NCBI GenBank assembly: GCA_003599025.1
Contig: QZIL01000084.1
Coordinates: forward strand, 4,285-68,284
Direction of reading: 5' to 3'
Length of the DNA: 64,000 nucleotides
DNA from: Nitrospiraceae bacterium
GTDB lineage: Bacteria > Nitrospirota > Thermodesulfovibrionia > UBA6902
Under the pieces are notes generated by a model. It saw only the letters and a list, made by a program, of their open reading frames with translations. It did not search any database and was not told where the DNA came from. Position 1 is the stretch's first letter. The number at the start of each line of letters is the position of its first letter. This document shows, one piece after another, positions 37,637-47,037 of the stretch. A program made the translations under genes and the position numbers.

Positions 37637-39106
37637 ATGATGTCACGATTAGATATTAGATGTAAAGTCGATTTGCCTGTGAACATTATTGCTAAAAATA
37701 ATGGCGGCAAAGGTGTTACCGAAACACAGGCAAAATTTACCTCCCTTAGTCTGAGCGGTGGGTTCATTGACAATGCGTTGCCTTATCAGGAAAATAAAAT
37801 TCTTGGCTTGAGATATGATCTGCCTAAACATGGCGAATTTGAGATTTTGGGAGAAGTGACACGTTCTGAAAATGATGGATTTGCTGCGAGGTTTTACAAT
37901 ATTAACAGAGATGCAAAGTTAAAACTCTGGGACTATATAAAGGAAAATATTGAAGATGATCTCTCATGTCCCTACTGTGGCAAAGAGAATATTCAGAAAC
38001 TGAGAAAATGCGACAAGTGCGGATGGAGTCTTAACTTTCATTCCCAGGATTACATAGTCACCCATGAAAAGGAATCTTTTATAAAACGTCTTGATGTCAA
38101 GAGCAGTTTGTTTTCTATTGAAGACATGTATAAGATTCTGAATTATATTGATGTCCAGATTCTGGGGGTCGGTAAGAATCTTGATATCAATGAAGAGTTT
38201 GTGGGTTCGAGCCAGGGCATTCTTAATGTTTTTTCTATGATTAGAAAAGTTGCACCTACGGATATCCCGGTCCTTATAACTGGTGAAAGCGGGACGGGAA
38301 AAGAATTAACTGCAATGGCCATACATGAAAGAAGTCAGAGGAAAAACAAACCGTTTGTAACTATTAATTGTGCAGCGATTCCGGACAATCTGCTTGAAGC
38401 TGAACTTTTCGGTCATGAAAAGGGTGCCTTTACAGGGGCACATGCCAGTAAAATCGGGAAATTTGAATATGCGGACGGAGGCACTATTTTCCTGGATGAA
38501 ATCGGGGAACTTTCCCTGAATTTGCAATCAAAGCTTCTGAGGTTCCTGGAAGACAAGATCGTTGAGAAGATTGGGGCCACTGGAGGCAGAAAAATCGATG
38601 TCCGGCTTGTTGTGGCAACAAATAAAGATCTCAAATCAGCTACTGCAAAAGGGCATTTCAGGAAAGACCTTTTTTACAGACTGGATGTGTTTAACATAAA
38701 TTTACCACCTGTACGTGATAGGGGTGAAGATAAGACAATTCTTGCGAGATATTTTCTGAATAAATATTCCAAGGAAATGAATTTGAGTAAAACGTTTTCT
38801 GCTGAAGCCCTTGATGCAATCAGAAATTATGACTGGCCGGGAAATGTCAGAGAAATTGTTAACAGAGTAAGAAGGGCGGTTGTAATGTCAAAGGATACAG
38901 CTATAGGTCCTGCTGATTTAGATTTAAAAGTCCCCGTAGTACAGACTGATACACTGACATCTCTGAAAGAGGTCCGCTATACGATTGAGAAGCAGAAATT
39001 GATAGAGGCCTTGAGGCATTGCAATAACAATATTTCAAAAGTCGCACGTGTGCTGGGTATCAGCAGGCCTTCAGTTTACAGTCTAAGAAAAAAATATAAT
39101 ATTTAG
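37637..39106 (+). CDS. Sigma54-dependent transcriptional activator with an N-terminal PilZ-like domain and a zinc ribbon (no receiver domain)
   Basis: RLDIR (RxxxR) ... SLSLSGG (xxSxxG) in the first ~100 aa. CPYCGKEN-x8-CDKCGW. AAA+ core GESGTGKE, GAFTGA, DEIGEL. C-terminal Fis-type HTH NISKVARVLGISRPSVY. Confidence 0.9.
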   Translation: MMSRLDIRCKVDLPVNIIAKNNGGKGVTETQAKFTSLSLSGGFIDNALPYQENKILGLRYDLPKHGEFEILGEVTRSENDGFAARFYNINRDAKLKLWDYIKENIEDDLSCPYCGKENIQKLRKCDKCGWSLNFHSQDYIVTHEKESFIKRLDVKSSLFSIEDMYKILNYIDVQILGVGKNLDINEEFVGSSQGILNVFSMIRKVAPTDIPVLITGESGTGKELTAMAIHERSQRKNKPFVTINCAAIPDNLLEAELFGHEKGAFTGAHASKIGKFEYADGGTIFLDEIGELSLNLQSKLLRFLEDKIVEKIGATGGRKIDVRLVVATNKDLKSATAKGHFRKDLFYRLDVFNINLPPVRDRGEDKTILARYFLNKYSKEMNLSKTFSAEALDAIRNYDWPGNVREIVNRVRRAVVMSKDTAIGPADLDLKVPVVQTDTLTSLKEVRYTIEKQKLIEALRHCNNNISKVARVLGISRPSVYSLRKKYNI

Positions 39107-39245
39107 CTGATAACTGATAGCTGTAACTAAGCGTAATTATAAAGTGTAAATTAATTCTTTTTATGTAAGCCTCGTTTACATTTTTCTGACTTTTATTATT
39201 AGCCCCTAAGTTCATAACCTGCTGAGTATTAATGATTAATGATCA

Positions 39246-39262
39246 AGGCACGGTATTTGCTT
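39246..39262 (+). promoter_or_regulatory. Sigma54 (-24/-12) promoter
   Basis: aGGCACGgtatTTGCTt, with GG at 39247-39248 and GC at 39259-39260 (10-nt spacing). It matches TGGCACG-N4-TTGCW at all positions but the first T. AGGAGG and an ATG follow 15-25 nt downstream. Confidence 0.55.
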
Positions 39263-39284
39263 GATTATCACTCAGGAGGTTAAC

Positions 39285-39476
39285 ATGTTTTTTAACAGAT
39301 GGTTTTCTCTCGTTACAATTCTGGATGAGTCCCCCTTTTTTACAGAGCTCTCAATGAAAGAAAGGGAAAAGCTTGTAAAGGATTTGCTTGTAACATACCC
39401 TCAACTGGACAAACAAACGTCCGCGGATATCGAGGTAGGCTATGAAGCAAGCTGGTTAGTCAAACAGACCAATTAG
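39285..39476 (+). CDS. Hypothetical 63-aa protein behind the sigma54 promoter
   Basis: ATG at 39285, preceded by aggagg at 5-nt spacing. MFFNRWFSLVTILDESPFFTELSMKEREKLVKDLLVTYPQLDKQTSADIEVGYEASWLVKQTN. The track ORF begins earlier (39261) at a non-ATG codon inside the promoter. I recognise no family. Confidence 0.45.
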   Translation: MFFNRWFSLVTILDESPFFTELSMKEREKLVKDLLVTYPQLDKQTSADIEVGYEASWLVKQTN

Positions 39477-39941
39477 CAGTATTTGGCCCTCCGGTTTTAA
39501 TTTTTACTCAGTAAATATATTTTTTTCTGTGAGTAGATATTCTTAAAAGAGCACCTGCTGGGCAATCTTAATTACCTGAGGAATACAGTTACATTTATAT
39601 AAGATGCAAAAAGATGTTGACTTATAATAATAAATAGAATAAAATCAACCCGTTACTGTAAGATTTATAGCAATTAAGACATTAAGGCTTAAGAATATAA
39701 TTTCATAATGAAGAGAGGCTCATTAATAATAATTTTCTGGGACGAAGATGACTTTTGAAGTGATTTGAATGTTCATCATCTCTTCATGTCCATATTTAAT
39801 GAAGTGTACTTCCGAAATATAAACAAATTTGCATCAGCTTTCCTGCAATATAACTTCTCGATTGCAATGACTTAAGAATTTGACACGAATATCATCAGGT
39901 AACCGTTGACTTTTCCATTGTTTTTATTTTACAAATAATAC

Positions 39942-41114
39942 ATGAAAAAGGCCTTTATTCTGCCTTTGCTTTGCATGCTGTTTTTAAGTGTAAGTGAGGC
40001 ATCAAGGCAGACCGCTGTTCAGAAGATTCGCTTCTCATCATATAAAAGCCAGACCAGGGTGGTCATCGATTTAAGCGGCCCCATAGTGTTTACGCAGAAC
40101 CGCATAGCAGATCCTGACCGGATTTTCTTTGATATCGAAAACAGCAGCCTGTCCGACAACGTTAATTCCTCCGTTCCTATAATGGATGGCGTTCTGAAAA
40201 AAGTCCGGATGTCCCAGTTTAATGAAAAAACAGTGAGGGTGGTTCTGGATATTGATAAGATGAGCACATATTCCGTTTTTATACTTGAGGACCCTCAACG
40301 CCTTGTTATTGATGTATATCCCGAAATTGCCGGCGAGTCCCGGAAGGAAAACAGGGGAAGTCCCAAAACATTGCCTGACAAGGACCTGAATAAGATAGAG
40401 ACTATTGTTATTGATGCAGGTCATGGGGGAAAAGACCCGGGAGCGATCGGGCCTGGGGGACTACAGGAGAAAGATATAACATTGAATGTTGGAAAGAAAC
40501 TCGGTGAGATACTTGAACAGAAGCAGGGTGTTAAAATTATTTATACGAGAGACAAAGATATATTTGTACCGCTGAATGAAAGAACGGAAATTGCAAATTC
40601 TCATAAGGCCGATCTTTTCGTTTCTATTCACGTCAATGCAAGTGAAAGGAGAAATGCCAGAGGAATCGAAACTTACTTCCTTAACTGGACTAATGACAAA
40701 GAGGCATTGAAGGTCGCTGCAAGGGAAAATAAGATACCGATCAGCAAGATGGAGAAGATACAGGACGGTCTGCAGATGATTCTACAGGACCTGGCAAGAA
40801 ATAATAAAAGGGAAGAATCCATGAGACTTGCCCACAGTGTACAAAGTTCTCTGGTTAATTCCCTTAGGAGTGACTATTCCAAAATCGAAGATCTCGGTGT
40901 AAAATATGCATTGTTTTATGTCCTTGTGGGGGCGGAGATGCCGTCTATTCTTGTTGAGATTTCCTTCATAAGTAATCACGAGGAAGAAAAAAGACTTGCA
41001 GCAAGCAGTTACAGAAATAAAGTGGCGGAGGCCATAGCCAAAGGAATTGATACCTATATTTCACAGTCGACCCTTGTTGTTGAAACTTTTCAGAAGCGTG
41101 CTTCAGGGGGATGA
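39942..41114 (+). CDS. N-acetylmuramoyl-L-alanine amidase (AMIN domain + Amidase_3)
   Basis: Signal peptide. AMIN-like segment (RFSSYKSQTRVVIDLSGP...RIFFDI...VRVVLDI...RLVIDV). Catalytic IVIDAGHGGKDPGAIG...E.DI.L.V...L.....DLFVSIHVNA...GIETYFL. Confidence 0.9.
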   Translation: MKKAFILPLLCMLFLSVSEASRQTAVQKIRFSSYKSQTRVVIDLSGPIVFTQNRIADPDRIFFDIENSSLSDNVNSSVPIMDGVLKKVRMSQFNEKTVRVVLDIDKMSTYSVFILEDPQRLVIDVYPEIAGESRKENRGSPKTLPDKDLNKIETIVIDAGHGGKDPGAIGPGGLQEKDITLNVGKKLGEILEQKQGVKIIYTRDKDIFVPLNERTEIANSHKADLFVSIHVNASERRNARGIETYFLNWTNDKEALKVAARENKIPISKMEKIQDGLQMILQDLARNNKREESMRLAHSVQSSLVNSLRSDYSKIEDLGVKYALFYVLVGAEMPSILVEISFISNHEEEKRLAASSYRNKVAEAIAKGIDTYISQSTLVVETFQKRASGG

Positions 41115-41174
41115 AGCCGGATATTCCTGTTCAGTAATAAAAAAGCTGCGAGGCTCTCTTAGACAGGACAAAGG

Positions 41175-41783
41175 ATGAGATCTTTCAGTCCTGCGCTCAA
41201 AATAATCCTCTATTTATTACTCGTAATAACAGTTTTTTTTATAGAATCTGATTCCCTTCATATTTTTCTACTTTGTGCTGTAGCTGTCATTTCGTTTTCA
41301 ATGCCTGCCTCTGTGCTCAGGCGTGGTTTGGTGCCGATAACGCTTTTTCTTGCATTTACTTTTATCAGTAACTTATTGTTTCAGGAAGGCAGGATAATAT
41401 ACAGGATATTTGGTCTTTCATTAACTGAGGAAGGCATCTTAAGAGGGGGACGTCTGACCCTGAGGCTCCTTATATTAATACTCGGTGCAAAGGTCTTGAC
41501 CTCTACAACCAAAGCAGAGGAACTAGTTGCAGGTCTGGGCAGACTGCTCGGCCCTTTCGGAAGAACAGGGTTTGTAAGGGAACTGATCCTGACAATGTCG
41601 CTGACGCTCCGGTTGTTGCCGGTTGTATACGATGAAGCCCTGGAATTATATAAAGACGTTAGAAACTCTCAGGGAACAAACCTGATGGGTAAAGTAAGAC
41701 TTGCGGTTTCTTTACTGACTCCTCTCTTTGAGAGGAGTATGCAGAAGGCGAAAGACATGTATGACACGGGAGAAGGAATTTGA
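41175..41783 (+). CDS. CbiQ/EcfT-like transmembrane protein
   Basis: Multi-TM, 202 aa, with RL.LIL....L.STT...EL..GL..LL.PF...G.....L.L....LR.LP....E......A. It is shorter than typical EcfT, and no EcfA or S-component gene is adjacent. Confidence 0.45.
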   Translation: MRSFSPALKIILYLLLVITVFFIESDSLHIFLLCAVAVISFSMPASVLRRGLVPITLFLAFTFISNLLFQEGRIIYRIFGLSLTEEGILRGGRLTLRLLILILGAKVLTSTTKAEELVAGLGRLLGPFGRTGFVRELILTMSLTLRLLPVVYDEALELYKDVRNSQGTNLMGKVRLAVSLLTPLFERSMQKAKDMYDTGEGI

Positions 41784-43357
41784 GCATTAATTATTTACTT
41801 AAGGGGGGAATGGTTATCGATGGATCAGCCCCAGATGTTCCCAGCAAGCGGATGGATATAGCTTTAGAAGGTGACTGCATTATTGATATGGGCGACTTGT
41901 CTCATGTCAAGGCCGAAAGAACAATCGATGTTAACGGACTCGTTGTTTGTCCGGGAATTATAGATGCTCATGCACATTCAGAATTTGCTCTGCTTGCAGA
42001 CGGAAGGGCTGAAGGCAAGATATCCCAGGGCGTCACTACTGAGATAAATGGTAACTGCGGTTTGTCTGCTGCACCCCTTCACGGGCCCGCTCTTGAACAG
42101 CGTGAGAGTGAACTTAATTCAATAGGTATCGTGGAAAGGTGGAACACCTTTGCAGAGTACTTTTCACTGCTGGAAAAGAAAAAATTCAGCACGAATTTTA
42201 TGACCCTTGCCGGACATGGAAATATAAGGGCTTCTGTTTTAGGTTATGAGGACAGATCTCCTTCCAGGTCCGATACGGACAGGATGCTGGCCCTGCTGCG
42301 GACTGCCATGGACGAAGGGGCAACCGGGCTTTCTACCGGGCTTATTTATCCTCCCGGTATATACTCCGGCACTTCCGAAATAATAAGACTTGCACAGGAA
42401 GCAGCTAAGCGAAAAGGTATTTATGCAACTCATATGAGAAGTGAAGGGGACACACTGATTGAGTCAGTGGAGGAGGTCATAAGTATCGCAGGCAAAGCCG
42501 GCATACATGCCCATATATCTCATATGAAAACCAGCGGTGAAAAAAACTGGAACAAGCTTGATAAAGTATTTGAAATGATAGACGAAGCCGATAGTAACGG
42601 AGTTGTGATAACCTGTGACAGTTACCCGTACATTGCTTCAAGCACGGACCTGGATACTGTTTTACCGTCCTGGGCATTTGAAGGAGGTCATCAAAAAGAG
42701 CTCTTACGAATTAAAAACCAGCGCACAGAACTTGCAGAGGAAGTCCTGAAGAACTACTCCCGTTCGTCTGACTGGGACAAAGTATTAATATCATCAGTAG
42801 TCTCTGAGCGGAACAAATGGATGGAAGGAAGGAGTGTTTCTGAAATAGCCGGGGCCCAGGGCAAGGAGGAATTGCAGAGTGTATTTGACTTGTTGCTGGA
42901 CGAAGGGCTTAATGTAGGGGCCATTTTTTTTGCTATGAATGAAGACAATCTCAGGTCCATTCTTAAGCGTCCGTATTGCGTAATTGGCACTGACAGCGCA
43001 GTCAGGAGTTTCAGCGGCATCACTGCAAAGGGGAAGCCCCATCCAAGAGGGTTCGGTTCTTTCCCAAGGATACTTGGGCGTTATGTAAGAGACATGGGGA
43101 CATTGACACTGAGTGAAGCAGTTTATAAGATGACGGGTTTGCCTGCCGGTATTTTTAAAATCAGGCAGCGCGGAATTCTCAAAAAGGGCTTTTTTGCAGA
43201 CATCGTATTATTTGATCCTTCAATAATAATTGATACCGCTGACTACAGAGACCCCTTTCAGAGACCGGAAGGGATTTATCATGTTTTCATTAATGGAGTA
43301 CCGGTCCTGCTGGACGGGGAACTGACAGGGAAACTGCCCGGACGGGTGTTAAAATAA
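41780..43357 (+). CDS. N-acyl-D-amino-acid deacylase (D-aminoacylase) family amidohydrolase
   Basis: LLKGGMVIDGS......DIALEGD.I..MGDL......IDVNGLVV.PGIIDAHAHSEF ... GLIYPPG ... HISHMK. TTG start at 41780 overlaps the upstream stop (TTGA). The homology-required N-terminus excludes the ATG at 41810. Confidence 0.85.
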   Translation: MSINYLLKGGMVIDGSAPDVPSKRMDIALEGDCIIDMGDLSHVKAERTIDVNGLVVCPGIIDAHAHSEFALLADGRAEGKISQGVTTEINGNCGLSAAPLHGPALEQRESELNSIGIVERWNTFAEYFSLLEKKKFSTNFMTLAGHGNIRASVLGYEDRSPSRSDTDRMLALLRTAMDEGATGLSTGLIYPPGIYSGTSEIIRLAQEAAKRKGIYATHMRSEGDTLIESVEEVISIAGKAGIHAHISHMKTSGEKNWNKLDKVFEMIDEADSNGVVITCDSYPYIASSTDLDTVLPSWAFEGGHQKELLRIKNQRTELAEEVLKNYSRSSDWDKVLISSVVSERNKWMEGRSVSEIAGAQGKEELQSVFDLLLDEGLNVGAIFFAMNEDNLRSILKRPYCVIGTDSAVRSFSGITAKGKPHPRGFGSFPRILGRYVRDMGTLTLSEAVYKMTGLPAGIFKIRQRGILKKGFFADIVLFDPSIIIDTADYRDPFQRPEGIYHVFINGVPVLLDGELTGKLPGRVLK

Positions 43358-43411
43358 AAAAACAACATTTTTCAAAATACTGGTAAAATACCCGATAACT
43401 TTATACAGATT

Positions 43412-44479
43412 ATGAAAACGGAATGGCTCTACAAGACAATCTCTCTGGCAATAATGCTGGTGCTGTTTTATCTGTTGTACAAGGTGCTCAGTCCGTTTCT
43501 GATCACTATAGCGTGGGCAATGGTCCTGAGCATAACGTTTTATCCGCTTAATATTCTTCTTCTGCGGTATGTAAAAAAACCCTGGCTCGCGTCTCTGATT
43601 ACCCTCGGAATTATACTTGCATTAATATTGGGCCCTTTTTCTTTTATTGCCGCTTCACTTGTTAGCGAGATAACCAGTGTCTACAGCCTGATCGAGGATA
43701 AGGGGATTGAGGCTGTGACTCAGATTCAAGAACATCCGAGGCTGCATACTTTTTTTGAAGAGATAGGTTCATACAAAATATTTGAAGGAGTTGACTTCCA
43801 GAAGGGGGCAGTTGAGTCCTTAAAGTCAGTTGGAAGCCTGATAGCTGGCCATTCCACAGATTTTTTTAAGAATGCAGTCAAGTTCATCATCAATTTCATG
43901 ATTATGTGTTTGACTACTTATTATTTTCTGATGGACGGGAGTACGCTCGTCAATTTTATAAAGAAACTGCTGCCTTTTTCAGAGACGCAAAAGACCAAGC
44001 TCGAACAGAGAGTAAGGGAGCTGGTCATAGCGGCAATTTATGGAGGACTGGCGGTTGCAGTGGTACAGGGCGTACTTGGGGGTATAGCATTTCTTGCCTT
44101 CGGGCTTCCTTCACCTGTATTATGGGGTACTGCAATGGCAATATTTTCATTTATACCGGTTATCGGATGTGCTGCCATCTGGGTTCCAGCCGGCATATTC
44201 CTTCTGTTGACAGCAAGTTATGCAAAAGGAATAGGCTTTCTCGTATTCTGTGCTGTTTTGATTGGAAGCATTGATAACATAATCAGACCCCTCGTTATTG
44301 GCGGCAGGACAAAACTGCATACCCTGTTAATTTTTTTCAGTGTTTTAGGGGGAATTAATTATTTAGGCTTCCTTGGGTTTATTCTTGGGCCTCTCATAGC
44401 AGCTCTTTGTTTGTCCTTGCTCGAAATTTATACATTTGAAGAAGCAGAGCCTGAGGATTCTGTCAGGGCGTTAAAGTAA
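43412..44479 (+). CDS. AI-2E family transporter (PerM/UPF0118)
   Basis: 355 aa, about 8 TM, with the typical ...SFIP.IG......P......G......F......IDN.IRP...G. Confidence 0.85.
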   Translation: MKTEWLYKTISLAIMLVLFYLLYKVLSPFLITIAWAMVLSITFYPLNILLLRYVKKPWLASLITLGIILALILGPFSFIAASLVSEITSVYSLIEDKGIEAVTQIQEHPRLHTFFEEIGSYKIFEGVDFQKGAVESLKSVGSLIAGHSTDFFKNAVKFIINFMIMCLTTYYFLMDGSTLVNFIKKLLPFSETQKTKLEQRVRELVIAAIYGGLAVAVVQGVLGGIAFLAFGLPSPVLWGTAMAIFSFIPVIGCAAIWVPAGIFLLLTASYAKGIGFLVFCAVLIGSIDNIIRPLVIGGRTKLHTLLIFFSVLGGINYLGFLGFILGPLIAALCLSLLEIYTFEEAEPEDSVRALK

Positions 44480-44961
44480 TATAGATCATTATTTAGAAGT
44501 TCACCAGAGTTTCATCAGGGTACGGTAGATTAATAAATATTTGTTATCACATCTGGTGCACCTGTATAGTTTGGTCAGGAAGAATAGCCTCATCCACCAC
44601 TTACGTCGTATCCTTATCAGAGTTGCATGGCAATTTTTACAAATCAATATAATAAACGTTTAGCAGATTAATCCCCTTCTGTCAAATTCACTGGTAGTCA
44701 AATTCGCAGTGACTTCTCGAAAGCTTACCTATAAGATCTGCTAACTCTTTGATAAAAGGGTATTAAAAATAAACTGTTGCATGAATAATATGTAAGTTGC
44801 ATTATGCAATAATTGATGATAAGCTAAAATGCGGTTTATTTAAATAGATATATCTGAGCTTTTCATAAGAGGTGTTAATAAACTTCCGGAGAGCATAAAC
44901 CGCCTGATGTTATTACCGCGTTGTATATCAGGCAATTAATAGTAAAGGAAAGGACTTTCAG

Positions 44962-46323
44962 GTGGAACGGACAGGGGAACTGCTTATTGTTGATGATGAA
45001 ATGATTGCAGTAAAAAATCTCGAGCGGGCAATGAAAAAAGAGGGCTACAGCGTAACCGGGGCCAACAGCGGTGTCAGTGCCCTGAAAATTCTTGAAAAAC
45101 AGGAGTTCGACGTGGTCCTGACCGATTTGCGCATGGAGAAGGTGGATGGAATGCAGGTCCTTCAGAGGTGCAGAGATCTTTATCCCGATACAGAGGTAAT
45201 TATTATTACCGCGCATGCCTCTCTGCCTAACGCAATCGATACGATGAAAAAAGGGGCGTATTATTATCTGGAAAAACCCTTTAAGCTTGATGAAGTCAGA
45301 AAGGTAGTCAGGGAAGCATATGAAAAAGTGAAACTTAAAAAGGAAAATGCCAATTTAAGGGAGCAGATAGAAATATTCAAGGGGAAGGTGAAAATAGTAA
45401 GTCAGGACCAGAAGATCCGAAACCTCCTTGATACAGCCCAGCAGATAGGTCCCACTGACTGTAATGTAATCGTCAGCGGGGAAAGTGGGACCGGAAAAGA
45501 GATGTTTGCCAGATACATACATGCATGCAGTAAAAGGGCTGATGCACCATTTTTTGCCATTAACTGCGGGGCCTTTACAGAGAGTATTTTAACAAGCGAG
45601 CTCTTCGGGTATGAGAAGGGCGCTTTTACCGGTGCTGCGGGCATGAAAAAAGGTCTGATTGAAATGGCTTCAGGAGGGACTCTTTTCCTGGATGAAATAA
45701 CTGAAATGCCTCTCTCTATGCAGGTAAAGTTGCTGAGGGTAATTCAGGAAAAGGAAGTTTTACGACTCGGGGCCACCGAAACTGTCAATGTCGATGTCCG
45801 TTTTATTGCAGCGACCAACCGGGATGTCAAAGACTCCATCAGGACCGGGCACTTCCGGGAGGATTTGTTCTTCAGACTGAATGTAGTTTCCTTTCATATC
45901 CCTCCTCTCTCTGAACGCAGGGACGATGTTCCTCTGCTGAGCTATTTCTTTCTGAAAAAATATTCAGCCTTGATGGGTAAGGATATCAGGGAAATTAGCG
46001 GAGATGTATTATCTATTCTGATGAATTATGATTTCCCCGGAAATATAAGGGAACTCGAAAATATAATTGAGCGGGGGGTAGCACTCGCTTCCGGCGATAC
46101 GATTGATGTGGCCCAGCTGCCGGATGACCTGAGAGAGTTAAGCATTCGTACCTTCAGAAAGAAGGAGGGACGGATACCGTCACTTGAACAGCAGGAAATG
46201 GCCTATATTCAGTGGGTGCTGAAAGAGGTTGGCGGCAACAAGACCCTTGCTGCACAGACTCTCGGTATAGACAGGGTATCACTCTGGAGAAAGCTGAAAA
46301 AATTCGGTTTGGAAGAGGGCTAA
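44962..46323 (+). CDS. Sigma54-dependent response regulator (NtrC family: REC-AAA+-HTH)
   Basis: LLIVDDE......DVVLTDLRM..VDG (receiver). GESGTGKE, GAFTGA, DEI.E (AAA+). C-terminal GGNKTLAAQTLGIDRVSLWRKL. GTG start. No histidine kinase gene is adjacent. Confidence 0.9.
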   Translation: MERTGELLIVDDEMIAVKNLERAMKKEGYSVTGANSGVSALKILEKQEFDVVLTDLRMEKVDGMQVLQRCRDLYPDTEVIIITAHASLPNAIDTMKKGAYYYLEKPFKLDEVRKVVREAYEKVKLKKENANLREQIEIFKGKVKIVSQDQKIRNLLDTAQQIGPTDCNVIVSGESGTGKEMFARYIHACSKRADAPFFAINCGAFTESILTSELFGYEKGAFTGAAGMKKGLIEMASGGTLFLDEITEMPLSMQVKLLRVIQEKEVLRLGATETVNVDVRFIAATNRDVKDSIRTGHFREDLFFRLNVVSFHIPPLSERRDDVPLLSYFFLKKYSALMGKDIREISGDVLSILMNYDFPGNIRELENIIERGVALASGDTIDVAQLPDDLRELSIRTFRKKEGRIPSLEQQEMAYIQWVLKEVGGNKTLAAQTLGIDRVSLWRKLKKFGLEEG

Positions 46324-46433
46324 ACCGAGACTTTAAATCTGGTGCTTAATTAATTTATTATAGATACCGGTAGTGCCGATATTATCTTAGGTCTCTTGAG
46401 AGACCACTCCGAATCCAGGATGGAGAATCGAAG

Positions 46434-46718
46434 ATGAGAGGATTGATTTTTATAATACTAATCTCGTTTTTTGCCGGATGTTCTTCCGGAGACGTGTGGG
46501 AAGGGCTTGTTTACCCTGACAGAGGCAATCTTTTAATACACATAAGTCCGGGACAGTATGAGAGTCTGGAACAGTGTGAAGCTGCCTGCCTCGAAATACT
46601 GAAGTCAAAAAATGCCCTTAAAAATGGCTATTTTGAGTGCGGCAAAAACTGTAAATCCGGGCTGGCCTCCTTTAATGGAGATTGCCAGGAAACTGTAAGG
46701 GGCAATTACTACAAATAG
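46434..46718 (+). CDS. Hypothetical lipoprotein (94 aa)
   Basis: Lipobox LISFFAGCSS and four further Cys. I recognise no family. Confidence 0.5.
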   Translation: MRGLIFIILISFFAGCSSGDVWEGLVYPDRGNLLIHISPGQYESLEQCEAACLEILKSKNALKNGYFECGKNCKSGLASFNGDCQETVRGNYYK

Positions 46719-47037
46719 TTAGTTCTGCAATGACAGGTCTGGGCCTGTTCACTTTCAATTGTCTCCTTATTTATATCTTTTGCTTATATCCATTATCATA
46801 CCTGTCAAATATAAATATGTAAGGGAGGCCAAACAGCCTCATAAACACAATTGAATGGATAGCGAGCGTATAACTGTGGTCGTACCACAGAGGTGAGCGA
46901 GCGCATATAATGATTAACATTCCATACACTAGCTTCCCTGCGATGATTACAGCAGGGAAGATTAATCGACGGGATATTTAGATGGCATATGCCCGGTCTG
47001 AATGTTTTCCTGAAAATTATTTTGGTATAAAGTAATA

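Noticed and set aside
39261-39284. The earlier (non-ATG) start of track ORF 39261..39476
   Set aside because: That start would lie inside the sigma54 -12 region. The ATG at 39285 has a consensus AGGAGG at ideal spacing.
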